DNA of 64,000 nucleotides from Eledone cirrhosa (GCA_964016885.1 OZ024750.1:12152001-12216000), one strand, 5' to 3'; positions 12,031 through 26,785 are shown, numbered from the stretch's first letter. A program made the numbers and translations. Notes: generated by a model not told the origin, from the sequence alone.

Positions 12031-14610
12031 CACTGCTATCGGGGTGGAGTTGACCACCCGTAGAAGTGAGCCCTGTGAGTTGGAATAGCTATTTCAACGT
12101 GTCTTCCGCGCTATCAATCAGGATAATGCTTTCTCTGTTCTGTCGGCTGGGACCATGTGGTGTTTCGCGCCTTGGGTTCTGCAAATCAGAGAACGTCCTA
12201 CACATATCATTGAAATAGCGATAGTTCAAAACTAAGAAGGAAGTTATTAAACATTTAAATATTGTAAAAGGAAGTAGACATGACGGTGAACATAAGCTGT
12301 TGGATATATCTGAAAATATTACTAGTTGCATTGAAAATGAACAATAAAATGAACATTTTAATTAAAATATATCAAAATTTGAATTCTAAAGATTTTACTT
12401 TGCATTTTAAACTGAAGAAAACTAGTTTGGAGTTTCTGTAGATATATCTAAATCCCCTTTGTTCCATTATATATTAGATTTAATCTGAACTTCTGCCGCC
12501 TTGTAAGATTCCAGCTCCGAGCATTAATGTAAATACTTTCTATAGAAAATTATAGTTTTTGCTTTGTTCTTTTAACATTTCTAAAACATTAATATAATAA
12601 TTTTGTGGTTAGGATTACTTTAGCATTTCACTAAGAGAAATCATTATCAAAATTAGTCATTATCAAAAGTAATATCTAAGATGTGTTATAATTGGACTTA
12701 TGAATGTTTAATTTGCTGAAAGCTTCTAAGAAAGAGATTACGTCTGGAAATGCTGAAGAAGCAACTACCGTCTCTATATATGATAATAATCATTTCTGAT
12801 TTATGTACAAGGCCGCCGACAGTTTTCAGGAGAGCGGAAAGTCGATTATCGACCCTAGTGCGTTACTGGTACTTTATTTTATTGACCTCGTAAGGATGAA
12901 AAGCAAAGCTAACCTCGGCGGGATTTGAACTCAGAACGTAAAGGATCGTAACTGTATACCGTAAAGTATGTGGTCCGACGCTCTATCAATGCTGCCAGCC
13001 CACCGCCCCCAGACCTTGCAAATAAATGTAGATCCTCATTGAAGGATTCATTATCGCCCCAAGATAACTTATCATTAATATTTTTCAATATGTTATATAT
13101 TTCCAAACATTAAAATAAAAATAATGGAAAATATTAAGTGTTATTGCAATTATCATAATTTGACATACCATTTTCATCAGGTTGTCATGGGTGTGAATGG
13201 AACACATTTTATTTAAATGCCATCGGCAACACTCGCAAATGACATGGTAGATATATCATTGCCAAGTTAGAACAAAGTATAGAAAGTCAAGAAAAAAACA
13301 AAACAGAATAAAAAAAAATAAAAAAAGATGAATTTGAGTATCAGTTTCGATTCTCGTTTGAAGTTTGTTGAATTCACTTAAATCCTGAACGTCTTTGATA
13401 ATGGAATAAATTTCATACAATAGCGTTCGTCTTCCGAATGGATTTGTCGTTGTTAGAAGGGACATAATGAATAAAAAAGGAGACCAATGTTAAAGTAGAA
13501 AAACTGGCAATTAATACTAACCTGAGAATATTCCTGACTGTTATAATTACACTTCACTTACACCGCTTACGTTCTTGAAAAAGGCATAAATATTTCACGA
13601 TCTTAGCTTCCGTATTAATATAAACACGAGGCCTAATGTAAGAAATGGTTTCTTATATAGGCACAAGGCAAGCAATTTTGGAGGAGGGGAAAGTCGATTG
13701 CATCGACCCCAGTGCGTGACTGGTACTTTATCGACCCCGTAAGAATGAAAAGCAAAGTTAACCTCGGCGGGATTTGAACTCAGATCATAAAAGGCCGTAA
13801 CTCTATGCTGAAAAACATGGTGTCTGACGCTCTACCGATACTTCCAATCCAATGCCTTGGCCTATTATAAGAAATATTGCATGCATGGTTCCGTAACTCT
13901 TGAGGGAGTCATAGGGTCACTATATTGATATACGGCGTTTCTAGGGCATTTTGTTTTACACCTGGCGGAACCCATTTCCTCTCCAGGTCAGAATACAGCA
14001 GATTTCTTCCAGAGATGGATAGAGAGAATGAGAGAACGGAAATCAGAAAGAGATATAGAGGAAGAATCGACCTCAGTACTTGACTGGTACTTTTTTTATC
14101 GACCTCGATGAAAGGCAAAATTGACCTCGGCGTAATTTAAATGTGGGGAGTAGAGAGTTGAAATGAATATTATAAAGCATTCTATCCAACATTTTAACGA
14201 CACTTCCAACTCACCACCTTATGTAAGAAATACTAGTCTACAATAAATTGTCGATGCAATGTATTTCAATAAGAAGAAGGCTTAGTTTAACCAGTTGACT
14301 CTAGTAAAGAAATAATCGTATTTATTATTGATTTTTTTTACATTAACCGTGGACCAGTGATTTGCTTGATATTAGCAACAGAAGACTGAGGTCAGTTAAA
14401 ATGTTTCACTGAGCGATGTTTGTCAAGGATGACTTAACAAAACCTCTTCCATTGACATTTGATAAAGACATCGTGTCGTTGACTTAGTCGACATAATCTC
14501 AGTTATTTATTTTATAGATTTCGGCACATTAAAAAAATAATGAATCTAATTAGTGGCACATCCCTTAACTGTAAGTAAAGAGATGCTTAAGTAAACATAG
14601 TTTAACTCAG

Positions 14611-14957
<347 letters not shown>

Positions 14958-15274
14958 GAGAGTTGTGCTTTCCACAGGACCGGTGGTGTCACCCTGTGGG
15001 ACACAATCTTTATGTACCACCATGTGTTTTTTTTTTTTAGTCTGGAACTAGCTCAACACACATTATTGCATATCAGGCAGGTTGTTTGGCCAGCTCTTTG
15101 TTGAGAGGTGTTGCAGCTGGTTATCCTGTCATGTGACTTCAGATATTAACATAACCAGTCTTTGAGAGAGGAGTAGACGCTGACAGGACTTGCATGTCCA
15201 ACTACTGATGACTTCATCAAGACTGTAAGCATAGTCCTTCCGGAGCTGACGCTTCAATTGTTTATGTTCTAGAC

Positions 15275-15804
15275 CAGTGCTATTCAAAGTGGTGGTCCGC
15301 GGACCGGTGCCGGTACGCGAGCCATCAGCTACCGGTACGCGACCAGTGTCCAGGCCACGCTAAGGAATCATTTGAGGAATTTTTAAAATTACTTTTTTAT
15401 ATGTTTTGACCTGGCGAAACAACGTGCGTGATATGCAACAATATGCAACGGGCGGTGGATTGGCAGTATCGGTAGAGGGTCGGACGCCATGCTTTCCAGC
15501 ATAGTTACGTCCCTTTACGATCTGAGTTAAAATCCCGCCGAGGCTGACTTTGCCTTTCATCCTTACGGGGTCGATAAAATAAAGTACCAGTAATGCACTG
15601 TGTAATTGCTGGCCTTGTGGCTAAAGTAGAAACAATTATTTGTTTACAAACTAAATAGAAGATAAAAAAATGGTCAACTATTATTATATTCATTATATAT
15701 ATCGTTTCCGGTATAAATTAATATTACTACGAAATATTAGCGGAACGTGGCACATTGAAAAAAAAAATGCCGGTCCGCCACATCAAATAGTTTGAGAAGC
15801 ACTG
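15275..15804. mobile_element. hAT (Charlie-like) MITE with nested SINE
   Basis: TIRs CAGTGCTATTCAAA / TTTGAGAAGCACTG; 8-bp TSD TTCTAGAC / TTCTACAC; SINE inserted at ~15450-15640. Confidence 0.8.
15450..15640 (+). mobile_element. tRNA-derived SINE, representative full-length copy (>20 copies in window)
   Basis: GGGCGGTGGATTGGCAGTATCGGTAGA (A box), GAGTT(C/A)AAATCCC (B box), core TTTGCCTTTCATCCTTACGGGGTCGATAAAATAAAGTACCAG, tail AGAAACAATTATT. Other copies near 9551, 11210, 11433, 12790, 13646, 14067, 19643, 24845, 32938, 36837, 46735, 55155 and 59095. Confidence 0.9.
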
Positions 15805-16151
15805 TTCTACACGACATTCCTCAAACATATATACATACGTAATACATATATTTATGGCACAGGTAATGACAGTGACTTCATTAAAACAAAGAAACCGAAT
15901 GTGGCCCAGAACTGAGAGTTTAGTTTATACAACATACTGCCAATTAATTAGCTTATTTTGATTGGATACGACAATGAGGTTGTCTTGTTGATACTTTAAT
16001 ACATGATTATATTTGCATATTTGATTATATTTTCAGAAATATAAGATTAATTATGCCTGATAAATAATTTGTACATAAATTGTTGTTTGTGTGTGATCGA
16101 CTGTGAGTGAGTTTCTATGTGTGTTATATCTGCTTAATACAGAGGAAAAGA

Positions 16152-17085
16152 TGTGTGGTGTGTGTGTGTTGTGTGTGTGTTGTGTATGTGTGTTGTGTAT
16201 GTATGTATGTATGTGCTGTGTGTGTTATGTATGTATGTGTGTTATGTATGTGTGTTATGTATGTATGAGTGTGTGTGCTGTGTGTGTATGTGTTATGTGC
16301 TGTGTGTATGTGTGTTGTGTATGTGTTGTGTGATGTGTATGTGTGTGCTGTGTGCTGTGTGCTGTGTGTGTATGTGTTATGTGCTGTGTGTATGTGTGTT
16401 GTGTATGTGCTGTGTGTGTTGTATGTGTGTTCTGTGTATGTATGTGTTGCGCGTGTTGTGTGTGTGTGTATGTGTTATGTATGTGCTGTGTGTGTTGTAT
16501 GTGTGTTCTGTGTATGTATGTGCTGCGTGTGTTGTGTGTGTGTGTCACGTGTGTGTGTCATGTGTGTGTGTGTGTGTGTTGTGTGTGCTGTGTGTATGTA
16601 CTATGTATGTATGTGCTGTGTGTGCGCTGTGTGTGTTGTGTGTAGTGTGTATGTGTAGTGTGTATATGCTGTGTATGTGTATATGTGTTATGTATGTGTG
16701 TGCTGTGTGTTATATGTGCCGTGAGTATGTGTGTGTGCTGTGTATATGTATAATGTATGTTTGTGCTGTGTGTTATATGTACCGTGTGTATGTGTGTGCT
16801 GTGTATGTGTATATGTGTTATGTGTGTGTGTGTGTGCTGTGTATGTGTTATGTATGTATGTGTATATGTGCTGTGTATGTGTATATGTGCTGTGTATGTG
16901 TATATGTGTTATGTATGTGCTGTGTGTTATATGTGCCGTGTGTATGTGTATATGTGTATGTGTGTGCTGTGTATGTGTATATGTGTATGCGTGTGTGTGT
17001 TGTGTATGTGTATATGTGTATGTGTGTATATGTGTATGTGTGTATGTGTTATATATGTGCGTGTGTATGTGTGTCCTGTATGTGC
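16152..17085. repeat. Degenerate (TG)n low-complexity tract (similar tract at ~36201-36760)
   Basis: Directly visible. Confidence 0.95.
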
Positions 17086-17327
17086 GAATAAAACAAAAGA
17101 AGCAAGGGAAGTTAGTGGAATGTGTCTGTGTGAAATATAGAAAAACGTCTATGTAAGTACATATGTACTACAGTATTGTACCTTTAAGTAATGGGAATCT
17201 TCGTGGAAAGTAAACACAAGCCTAGTCTTTGCGTCGTAATTCTAAGCTGAACATGTATCCCGTCAACGACCTAGCATAGAGTAAATGTATCATTGTTTAT
17301 GATAAAACAACTAAAGTGTAAATATAT

Positions 17328-17905
17328 TGGTTTCTGATTTAGGCACAAGGCCAACAATTTTGAGGGAAGGGGAAAGTCGATGAAATCGACCCTAGTGCAT
17401 TACTGGTACTTTATTTTATCGACCCCGTAAAGTTTTGCTTGTAGTTATTATTACTTCTAGATTGGCAGTATCGGTAGAGAGTCGGACGCCATGCTTTGCA
17501 GCATAGTTATGTCCCTTTACGGTCTGAGTTCAAATCCCGCCGAGGTTAACTTTGCCTTTCATCCTTACGGGGTCGATAAAATAAAGTACCAGTAATGTAC
17601 TGGGTAATTGCTGGCCTTGTGCCAAAAGTAGAAACAATTATTATTACTTCATTGACGTATTTAGCTAGAAATAGCCATAATTTGCTTTAAATAATTGTCA
17701 AACAATTAAACAATATCATTCATGGATTGGCAGTATCGGTAGAGAGTCGGACGCCATGCTTTGCAGCAAAGAGTTACGGCCCTTTATGATCTGAGTTCAA
17801 ATCCCGCCGAGGTTAACTTTGCCTTTCATCCTTACGAGGTCGATAAAATAAAGTACCAGTAATACACTGGAATAATTGCTGGCCTTGTGCCAAAAGTAGA
17901 AACAA
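17328..17905. mobile_element. Cluster of three SINE copies (one minus, two plus)
   Basis: Family core sequence; the last copy has TSD-like AATATCATTCATGGA on both sides. Confidence 0.85.
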
Positions 17906-19051
17906 ATATCATTCATGGACGAATTTGAGAATAAAGAAGGGCGTCACGTCAGTCTATATAACGAAAGACTGTCAGAATGGCGTTAGGAGTGAGGTTATAA
18001 GTTTAAAGGTGACAGTTGTGTTTGTTTTAGTTGATGTCAGCTAACAATTTGTAGTAGCAGTAGTTGATCTTCTTGTTGTTGTTACCGTTGTTGTTGTTGT
18101 TGTTGTCGTTATCGCCTTTGTTGTTGTTGTCGTCATTGTTGTTGATGTTGTTGTTGTTGAAGTTGTTGTCGTTGTTGTCGTTGTTGATGTTGTTGTTGAA
18201 GTTGTTGTTGTTGTTGTCGTCATTGTTGTTGATGTTGTTGTTGAAGTTGTTGTTGTTGTTCTTCTTCTTCTTCTTGCAGGTATTAAATTAAAAAAATTCT
18301 AACCATCCTAAAACTAAAAGGTCCAGCTGAGGGCTGAAATAAATTTCTACGGCCGTCGTTGGTGGGGCCTCCCACTGCAGGGAAGGGGGCCCGACTCAAT
18401 TGCCCCTCCTGCATTAAATCCGGCCCTGGGTAGATAAAAGACTATATTCCATATCTAAATTATAATAAAGTAAGGAGCGCGGGACTGCGTACAGTTTATA
18501 ATTTTTTATCCCGTTTGTAAAATAAGTTGGATTACTTTGAATAAATAATGAATGAATATTACATAATTTATCTACTAAATTTCGTGGCTGTTGATTAAAT
18601 ATATTTTGTTTATTTAAAGATTCACTTCTTTAAAATTTCTGAAATGTCAACACTTCCGGCTGGCCATCGCTTAAATAAACATACTAATTTTCTGTCACTA
18701 ATTTTCTCCTAATGCAGTTTATATATAATATCGTCTTTTTTAATGTATCATGGATTACGTTACTGATTACATAAGACAGTGTAATGCAGTCTTCGTTCAA
18801 TTTCTATGTATTATATATTGTCAATTACGATTTTATTTGATGTATCATATCTACATGTATATATACCTGCGTATAATATCAATATATACACTACACATGC
18901 TAGCAGAAAACCACCCAAAGGGTGGTTTTTCTGCTAGTTCCATTAATGTTCTATGATAGTTGTAAAAGAGTTAAGTAAAAACTGTGAAGACCTAAAAGAT
19001 GTTAGAATCTGAGGAAGTAATTACACAGTTACAAAACCATGAAATAATATA

Positions 19052-19129
19052 CAGGGTGTCCACCCAAAATGTATACACACTTCAACAGCAAAGTAATCAA
19101 AAGGTGTATACATTTTTTGGGACACCTTG
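19052..19129. mobile_element. Miniature (~78 bp) mariner-type MITE
   Basis: TA-CAGGGTGTCCACCCAAAATGTATACAC ... GTGTATACATTTTTTGGGACACCTTG-TA. Confidence 0.7.
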
Positions 19130-19605
19130 TAGATATAGATTTTATCACTTGTTTGCAGTTTTTCATGCCTTAATTTTCGAATGGTTCCCTGATCAGATGA
19201 TAATGAAATAGAAGTGTAACTAATGGACAACATTATATTGATAATAAAGGGACAGAGGGATGGGAAGAGTGGGAACTGGGGGAAGTAGAGGGGAGAGGGG
19301 GGAGGTGTGGTGGAGAGTGAGGTATGGGAAGAGAGAGGAGCGTGGAAGAGAAAGGGTATGGGAGATGAGTGTGGGAAGAAAGACAGAGGTGTGGAGGTAG
19401 AAAGGGAGAGAGAAAAAAGGGGTGTCGGAGAGAGAGAAAGAGAGAGAGAGAGAGAGTGAGAGAGTGAGAGAGAGAGTGAGAGAGAGAGAGAAAGAGAGAT
19501 GAGAGTGATATAGAGAGAGAGGGAATGAGAGTGAGAGAGAGTAAGAAACTTGAAGGGAGTAGAAAATAGGGAACAGGTGGAGATAGAATGAGACATTAGG
19601 AAGGA

Positions 19606-19646
<41 letters not shown>

Positions 19647-19897
19647 GTTTCTACTTTAGGCACAAGGCCAGCAATTACCCAGTGCATTACTGGTACTTTA
19701 TTTTAGCGGGATTTGAACTCAGATCGTAAAGGGACGTAACTATGCTGAAAGCATGGCGTCCGACCCTCCACCAATACTGCCAATCCACCGCCCTTATATA
19801 TATATAATGTGTGTGTGTGTGTGTGTATGTGCGTGTGTGTGTGTGTGTGTGTATGTGTGTGTGTGCGTGCGTGTGTATATGTGTGTGTATATGTATA

Positions 19898-19938
<41 letters not shown>

Positions 19939-20688
19939 GTGTGTGTGAGTATATATACATATATATATACATACACACAGAGCAGTTTGTGATTAGGAGT
20001 GGTTTTAAAAACAAAAACAAAAAAGGAATGTTGACAGGGGGAGAGCGTGAGAATTTGCCTCTTATCAGTCGTTCATTAATTTTAGCGGACATTATTCAAT
20101 ATATATTTTAACTAAGCTATGTAGGCTGCTGTTAGCAAACAAACTATGTATCGTTCTCTGGTGACTGATGTAATCTCTCACATACTGAGGACGTATCTGA
20201 GACTATATATAAACAAACATACATTTATATGTTCACACGCACACTTACATACACACTCGCGCACATACAGAGGCAAACATACACACATACACACACACAC
20301 ACACATGTCCATACCCGTACATGCGCACACACACGCAAACCCACATACACACACTCACACACAGGCACATACAAAATCACATAAACACACACACACGCGC
20401 GCACATACACAAACAAACAAACACACACGCGCGCACATACACAAACAAACAAACACACACACATACACACACATACACACACACATATATATTTGTTCAA
20501 TTGAATAAAGTTGGTTGATTAAATATCTGCCGACTTTTTCTTAACAGATATAAAGCACTCCACGTTTTTGTTCATCTGGAGTTTTATTATAATAATAAAC
20601 AAGAAAGGGATGTACAAATGACACCGTCATTCTTGTTTATATATATATAATGTTTATGTATATATATGTACATCTTTGTATATGTATG

Positions 20689-20728
<40 letters not shown>

Positions 20729-20731
<3 letters not shown>

Positions 20732-20943
20732 TAAAATAACAGATTAAAATTTAAGCAAAGAATCGCTGCTTTCACCCTTAACGGGATCCTCAGAAGATCC
20801 CGTTAAGGGTGAAAGCAGCGATTCTTTGCTTAAACTTTAATCTGTTATTTTAATAAATATTTGCTCTACGGTTCTTATATATTTGATATATATTTATCCT
20901 TATCGAGCCTTCTTTGGATTTTAGTCTTCAAATTTATTATTAT

Positions 20944-20948
<5 letters not shown>
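20729..20948. mobile_element. Family B (TA)n-embedded fold-back element (other copies ~1957-2104, 22472-22628, 26500-26590, 51838-52050, 63671-63808)
   Basis: Inverted arms around CAGAAGATCCCGTTAAGGGTGAAAGC, then a tail with AATAAA ending in TTATTATTACTA-(TA)n. Confidence 0.8.
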
Positions 20949-20994
<46 letters not shown>

Positions 20995-21220
20995 TTTATA
21001 TATACATTGGCGGACTATGTCAAAATATTTTGGTTGCCTGGAGATGAAGGGGCATATAGAATGCTATCATTTAATTTTTATAATGAATAAATAACATCTT
21101 CAAAAAATACATAAGTGGAAACAAAACAGTGCAATCAAATTTTTGCGGAAAAATATCTTACCTTCTCCAATAAAAAATATTATGTATTTTGCGAAATCCA
21201 GAGACTTTCAATAACGACCA

Positions 21221-21674
21221 GAAGTCGACCCTAAATATTACCAATAGCTCTAGGAAAGCAATGAATGTTACCACATCTTTTTAACTTTGATTTTGAAAGT
21301 AGGCTTATAATTATCAATTTTCATTATACTTTTGTAGCTGTCTCGGTGGCCTAGTTAGAGGAATTATAGACGGTGGTGATCCTGGTCTGTAGTTCGATCC
21401 TGGTCGGGAGTAAGTTTCCCGGTAAACCTTTTCAGTTTTTTCTATGGGTTGTAAAATAAAAACTGAAAAAGGTTACATGTACCTCTTGACCAGGATTGAA
21501 CCCAAGGGCAGGATATTCACCGTCTCTAGTACCTACCGCTAGGCTACAGAGACAACTACGAACATTTTATGAAAATTCATACTTCAAAACCTACTTTCCA
21601 AACTTTCAAAACAAAGTGTTCTGGTCTCGTTCATGTCTTTCTTAATGTTATTGCTCCTACTTAAGGTCGACTTC
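21221..21674. mobile_element. Degenerate fold-back element with a tRNA-like segment in each arm
   Basis: Matching arm segments GAAGTCGACC/GGTCGACTTC, GAAAGTAGG/CCTACTTTC, AGACGGTG/CACCGTCT and AACCTTTTCAGTTTTT/AAAAACTGAAAAAGGTT; A-box-like and B-box-like motifs in both arms. Confidence 0.65.
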
Positions 21675-21886
21675 TAAATCATTTGGGCGTTCCATAAATT
21701 ATATCCCCGTTTTGTTTTACATCTATCTAGACTGTATTTTAACCTGTAATCCATGTTTCATTTCTGTTGCACCTCATTTCTCCCTCTCTCTCTTTCTTTC
21801 TGTGATATTTGAATCTACTATGATTTGGGCTTACTTTATTCATATATATATGTTTTTGCATGTCAGATTCAAACTTACAATGATTG

Positions 21887-21929
<43 letters not shown>

Positions 21930-22323
21930 TGGCGGACTAGGTCTAAAAATATTGGTTGCCAAATGAAGGGGGCCCACCTACATATAGAATGCTATCATTT
22001 AACTTTTATAATGAATAAATAACATTTTCAAAAAATACATAAGTGGAAGCAAATAGTGCAATCAAATTTTTATCTTCTCCAATAAAATAAAAAAATATTA
22101 TGTATTTTGCGAAATCCAGTGACTTTCAATAATGAACTTTGGTCTTTCACACTCACTCATTACATATATATATATACACACACACAAACGTGTGTAGATG
22201 CAAATTTACATATATATCAAAACTCTTGAAAACAAGTACACGCGCACTTATCTATTTCGTTCGTATATATAAATATATGTGTGTCTGTGTATATATTTAT
22301 GTATATAAATACACATACACACA

Positions 22324-22394
<71 letters not shown>

Positions 22395-22628
22395 GTATAT
22401 ATACATATATATATATAAGTATATATACATATATATATATAAGTATATATACATATATATAAGTATATATATAGTAATAATAATAAATTTGAAGACTAAA
22501 ATCCAAAGAAGGCTCGATAAGGATAAATATATATCAAATATATAAGAACCCTAGAGCAAATATTTATTAAAGTAACAGATTAAATTTTAAGCAAACTTTG
22601 CTTAAACTTTAATCTGTTACTTTAATAA

Positions 22629-22682
<54 letters not shown>

Positions 22683-22684
<2 letters not shown>

Positions 22685-22868
22685 CGAAGGAAATGTGGTA
22701 AGGAACCAGATGGACCATAACGCACCAAAGTACTCAATACTTAGAGTAGTAGAGTGGGTAATAGGAACGAGTAGGACCCCGACGGCTGAGCTCAAGCCGT
22801 TTCGACGTTGCGTCCAGAATTAGCCGTCGAAACGGCTTGAGCTCAGCCGTCGGGGTCCTACTCGTTCC
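22683..22868. mobile_element. Family A element, copy 2
   Basis: Same head; inverted arms GGAACGAGTAGGACCCC...GGGGTCCTACTCGTTCC; TA flanks. Confidence 0.8.
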
Positions 22869-23766
22869 TATATATATATATATATAAGTATATATACATA
22901 TATATATAAGTATATATACATATAGATATACATATATATATATACATATATATAAGTATATATATATATAGATATATATATACATATATATATATATATG
23001 TATATAGATAGATAGATATATATATATCTGTGGTGTGTGCGCGTGTATATGTTTCTAGCTTCCTCTTGTAAGGATCGGCCTGAAGGAGCAAAGGGAGCAG
23101 AAAGATGACTGCGCCTGGTGAAGTAGCGCTAGCCCCCACATCTTTCTTATTAAGAAACAGGTTCATTTTGACACAGCACGCCATGACCACTCCTAAAAAA
23201 GGGTTGGGTTGGGTTGGGTTGGGGGGGGGGGGCTCTATCATCCCTTTCTGACGCCGTGAATCCATCCTTAAGTAGCACCTGTCTCTCGTTTCCGGTGAGG
23301 GTCACCAATCAAACTGATCAGCCAAAGACTTGTTTGTATTATTCTTTATCCGAACTGAAGCGAAAAATGACCCACTTCCTCTTCTTTCTTTCTTTCTTTC
23401 TTTTTTTGTTTTGTTTTTGGCAGCTCTTCCGGTCTCGACACGTGGGTTGATGATGTCTGCGTCATGCATAACCCGCCGTTTAATTACTTTTACATAAGTA
23501 TTATAACTTATAGCTACATGCTAATATATGTATACACTCACATTTACACACAATAATTTGTACACAAATCTCGCAGTTTCACTCACTTACAGAGACTTCC
23601 GGTGCAAATCAGACTAAAACAACAAACTCAATCATAAGTTTTATTCTATTTCATATTATTCATTTGTAAATATCCAAACTATTTTAAATAGCACACATTA
23701 TTATTATTGTTGTTGTTTTGCTGGCCTTGTGCCAAAAGTAGAAACAATTATTATTATTGTTGTTGC

Positions 23767-23809
<43 letters not shown>

Positions 23810-24084
23810 GACTAATGAATGAGACAAGCGTACGTGCTGAAACATGAAGAAAAAATTACTATTTCGGTGAATTGCAAATAACTTTCTGTTGTTTTTGCAA
23901 ATCTGTAACATGTCCAGTAAGCGAAAGAAACATTTTTCAAGGAATATATATCTTCTGTGTTAAGATTTTGTACGTAATTCGTCATTTACTGAAAAATAAC
24001 CTTAAACAAAACAAAAAACAAACTTTACAATGGCAGCGGACATTATTTGTAAGCGAGCGGCTCTACTACAATAAGAGAAGCTAC

Positions 24085-24131
<47 letters not shown>

Positions 24132-25501
24132 ACAGCAATAACAATACTCTGAATATAAACAACAGTACCACTAGCTCCACCACCACCATTATCATTTTGC
24201 CAATCTATTATATATTGTCACAATTTTCAATAGCTGTAGAAACCTCCTTAGTTTTTGTAATGCCTAAAGTAGGCAACGATCTAGCAACGTGTTCTCTCTA
24301 CTCGGTTATTTTGTTGAGTACTCACTTTGTACCTTGTTTGCAATTCATAAAGGCGTTACAGAATTTGTCATATTGGTGGCAGGTTGCCAAATTCGCGGTC
24401 AAAACAATAAAATAATATATTTATCTATATATTTATTATTCATTTATCTGTTTGTATATTTAATTCTCATTACTTAATCAATAAAATCAGCTAAATTTTT
24501 CAGTTGCCAAATATTTTAGAGAAAAAACAAAACGAAACATTTTGTAAATTTAAAGACTTTTATTTATTCAAACGCGAAAAACATCTGCATTACTTTGTTC
24601 CTATCTAAATGTCATTAAATGTCAACAATCTTTTCATAGCTTGATTATATTAGATCAACTATGGTTATCAATAGAAGTTTTAAAATACAAATATATGTTT
24701 GTATGTATATCTATTTAACCATAGATTAGATAAATGATCCATATCCATCTGTTACTTATTTGCTAGTCTGAACTGTTTAAGTAGAGTCCGTAAACTTGTC
24801 AAGACTTCTTAGTTTTAGGAAAACATTTCACTGGGTGATCTCAGAGCTGGCGAATTGAGAGAGTCGTTAGAATGACTGGTAGAATCCTTTGTGGTATTCT
24901 TTTCGGCTATCTGTTCTCTGAGGTTAACTTTGCCTTTCATCCCTTCAAGGACGATTAACAAAGTACCAGTCTAGTACTGGGGTTGATTATTCCTTTAGAT
25001 CTCTTCCTCACTTCCATTCTCTCACTCTCTATCTTCCTCTTGAAGAAATATATTGTATTCAGACTTGGAGAAGAGATGGGAACTGCCAGGTTTAACAAAA
25101 AGGCTCTAGAGAGGCCACATGTCAATATAGCGCCTCTACGGCCCCAGCATGAATTACAGGTCCATAGAATAAAACAAAAATAGCAGAGTTGATAAAATAC
25201 AGATAGGATGAGAGATCCGTTGATCAACGCTCCGATCAAAATGTATGGTAGGAAGGATACTTTCTATTAAAGATAGCAGAGACAGCTGCAAACCATAAGA
25301 GAGTAATTTATATAGAAGGTGAATCAAATATGTCTAGTGTATTAACCTCTGAATATGTTAGAGTTTAATTGATAAACTTTTGACACGATGCTGTTATACA
25401 TATTTGAAATGTTTAACACATTAGTCCTCATGTTTTTTATTTATTTTATATATTTTGAATATCATTGGCAGAAAATAGTGCAAACATTACTCTCTCTTTC
25501 T

Positions 25502-25560
<59 letters not shown>

Positions 25561-25672
25561 ACTCATTCCTAATTGTAGGTCGATTTTCCTTGGCCGCAGC
25601 CAAAGCTTCGATTTTACTAAGTTTCCACTTGTATATATATATATATATATCCTATATATATAGGATATAGAT

Positions 25673-25749
<77 letters not shown>

Positions 25750-26182
25750 AGAGAGTTTGTATTGGCTTGTGTGTGTATCTCAAATATACATACATATAAC
25801 ATTTGTCTAAATGTTTGGCTAGGTGTGTCCCGGCTATTCTTTCATTTATAAACTCCAAACATTGAAATGCCAGCTAAGTTGATCAGCAAGTGTGAATAAC
25901 GTAAATGTCGCCGGTTCCATCGCCTAGCAGACCAGATTATCACTTTCCTGGTTTTTTTAATTCCTCTATTATTTAGGTGCTCATGTTTAAGCTATACTCT
26001 TTTATCCTCTTAGTGTTTCAGCCAACAGGCTGAGGCCATGCTGGGGCACCACCATTGACGCTATGAGATTGAATCAACTTTATTATCATACTGTACTTTT
26101 AATTCAATTGAAATTTGTCATTATATTAATATAAACATCCTCTCCCTTCCCTTCCTTCCTAATATATACATAATTATATCTA

Positions 26183-26221
<39 letters not shown>

Positions 26222-26466
26222 CTCTGGCGTCCCCCTTTATTTACGTGTCCCAACGACTTTTTTTAGCCGTTGTTCGCACCAACCCGAGGCATATGGCGCT
26301 TAAAGCGATGAAATGCCCAGGACGGTTGGAGGGTCACTGATGAAGGACTCACTTTTTTATATATATATATATATATAATGGAAAAATTTGAACAGGGATA
26401 AAACAGAGAGGCAGTACAACGAATGTTTATTAATTTCACGCTCTGGAGAGTGGGGTGTTGGTGGGG

Positions 26467-26514
<48 letters not shown>

Positions 26515-26717
26515 ATGTGAAGACTAAAATCCGAAGAGGGATTGTTAAGGGTGAAAGCAGCGATTCTTTGCTTAAACTCTAATCTGTTCTTATAATAATT
26601 ATATATATATATTTTTAAAGCGATGAAATACCAATGAAGGTTGGAAAATCATTGATGAAGGACTATTTTTATCATATGTAACCCATGTGCAACCACGCAG
26701 TATTCATTCTTCTCATG

Positions 26718-26785
<68 letters not shown>

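Noticed and set aside
12060-12200. Possible ribozyme at the 5' side of the RTE-X remnant (minus strand GAAACACCACATGGTC)
   Set aside because: Could not complete either a hammerhead or an HDV fold.
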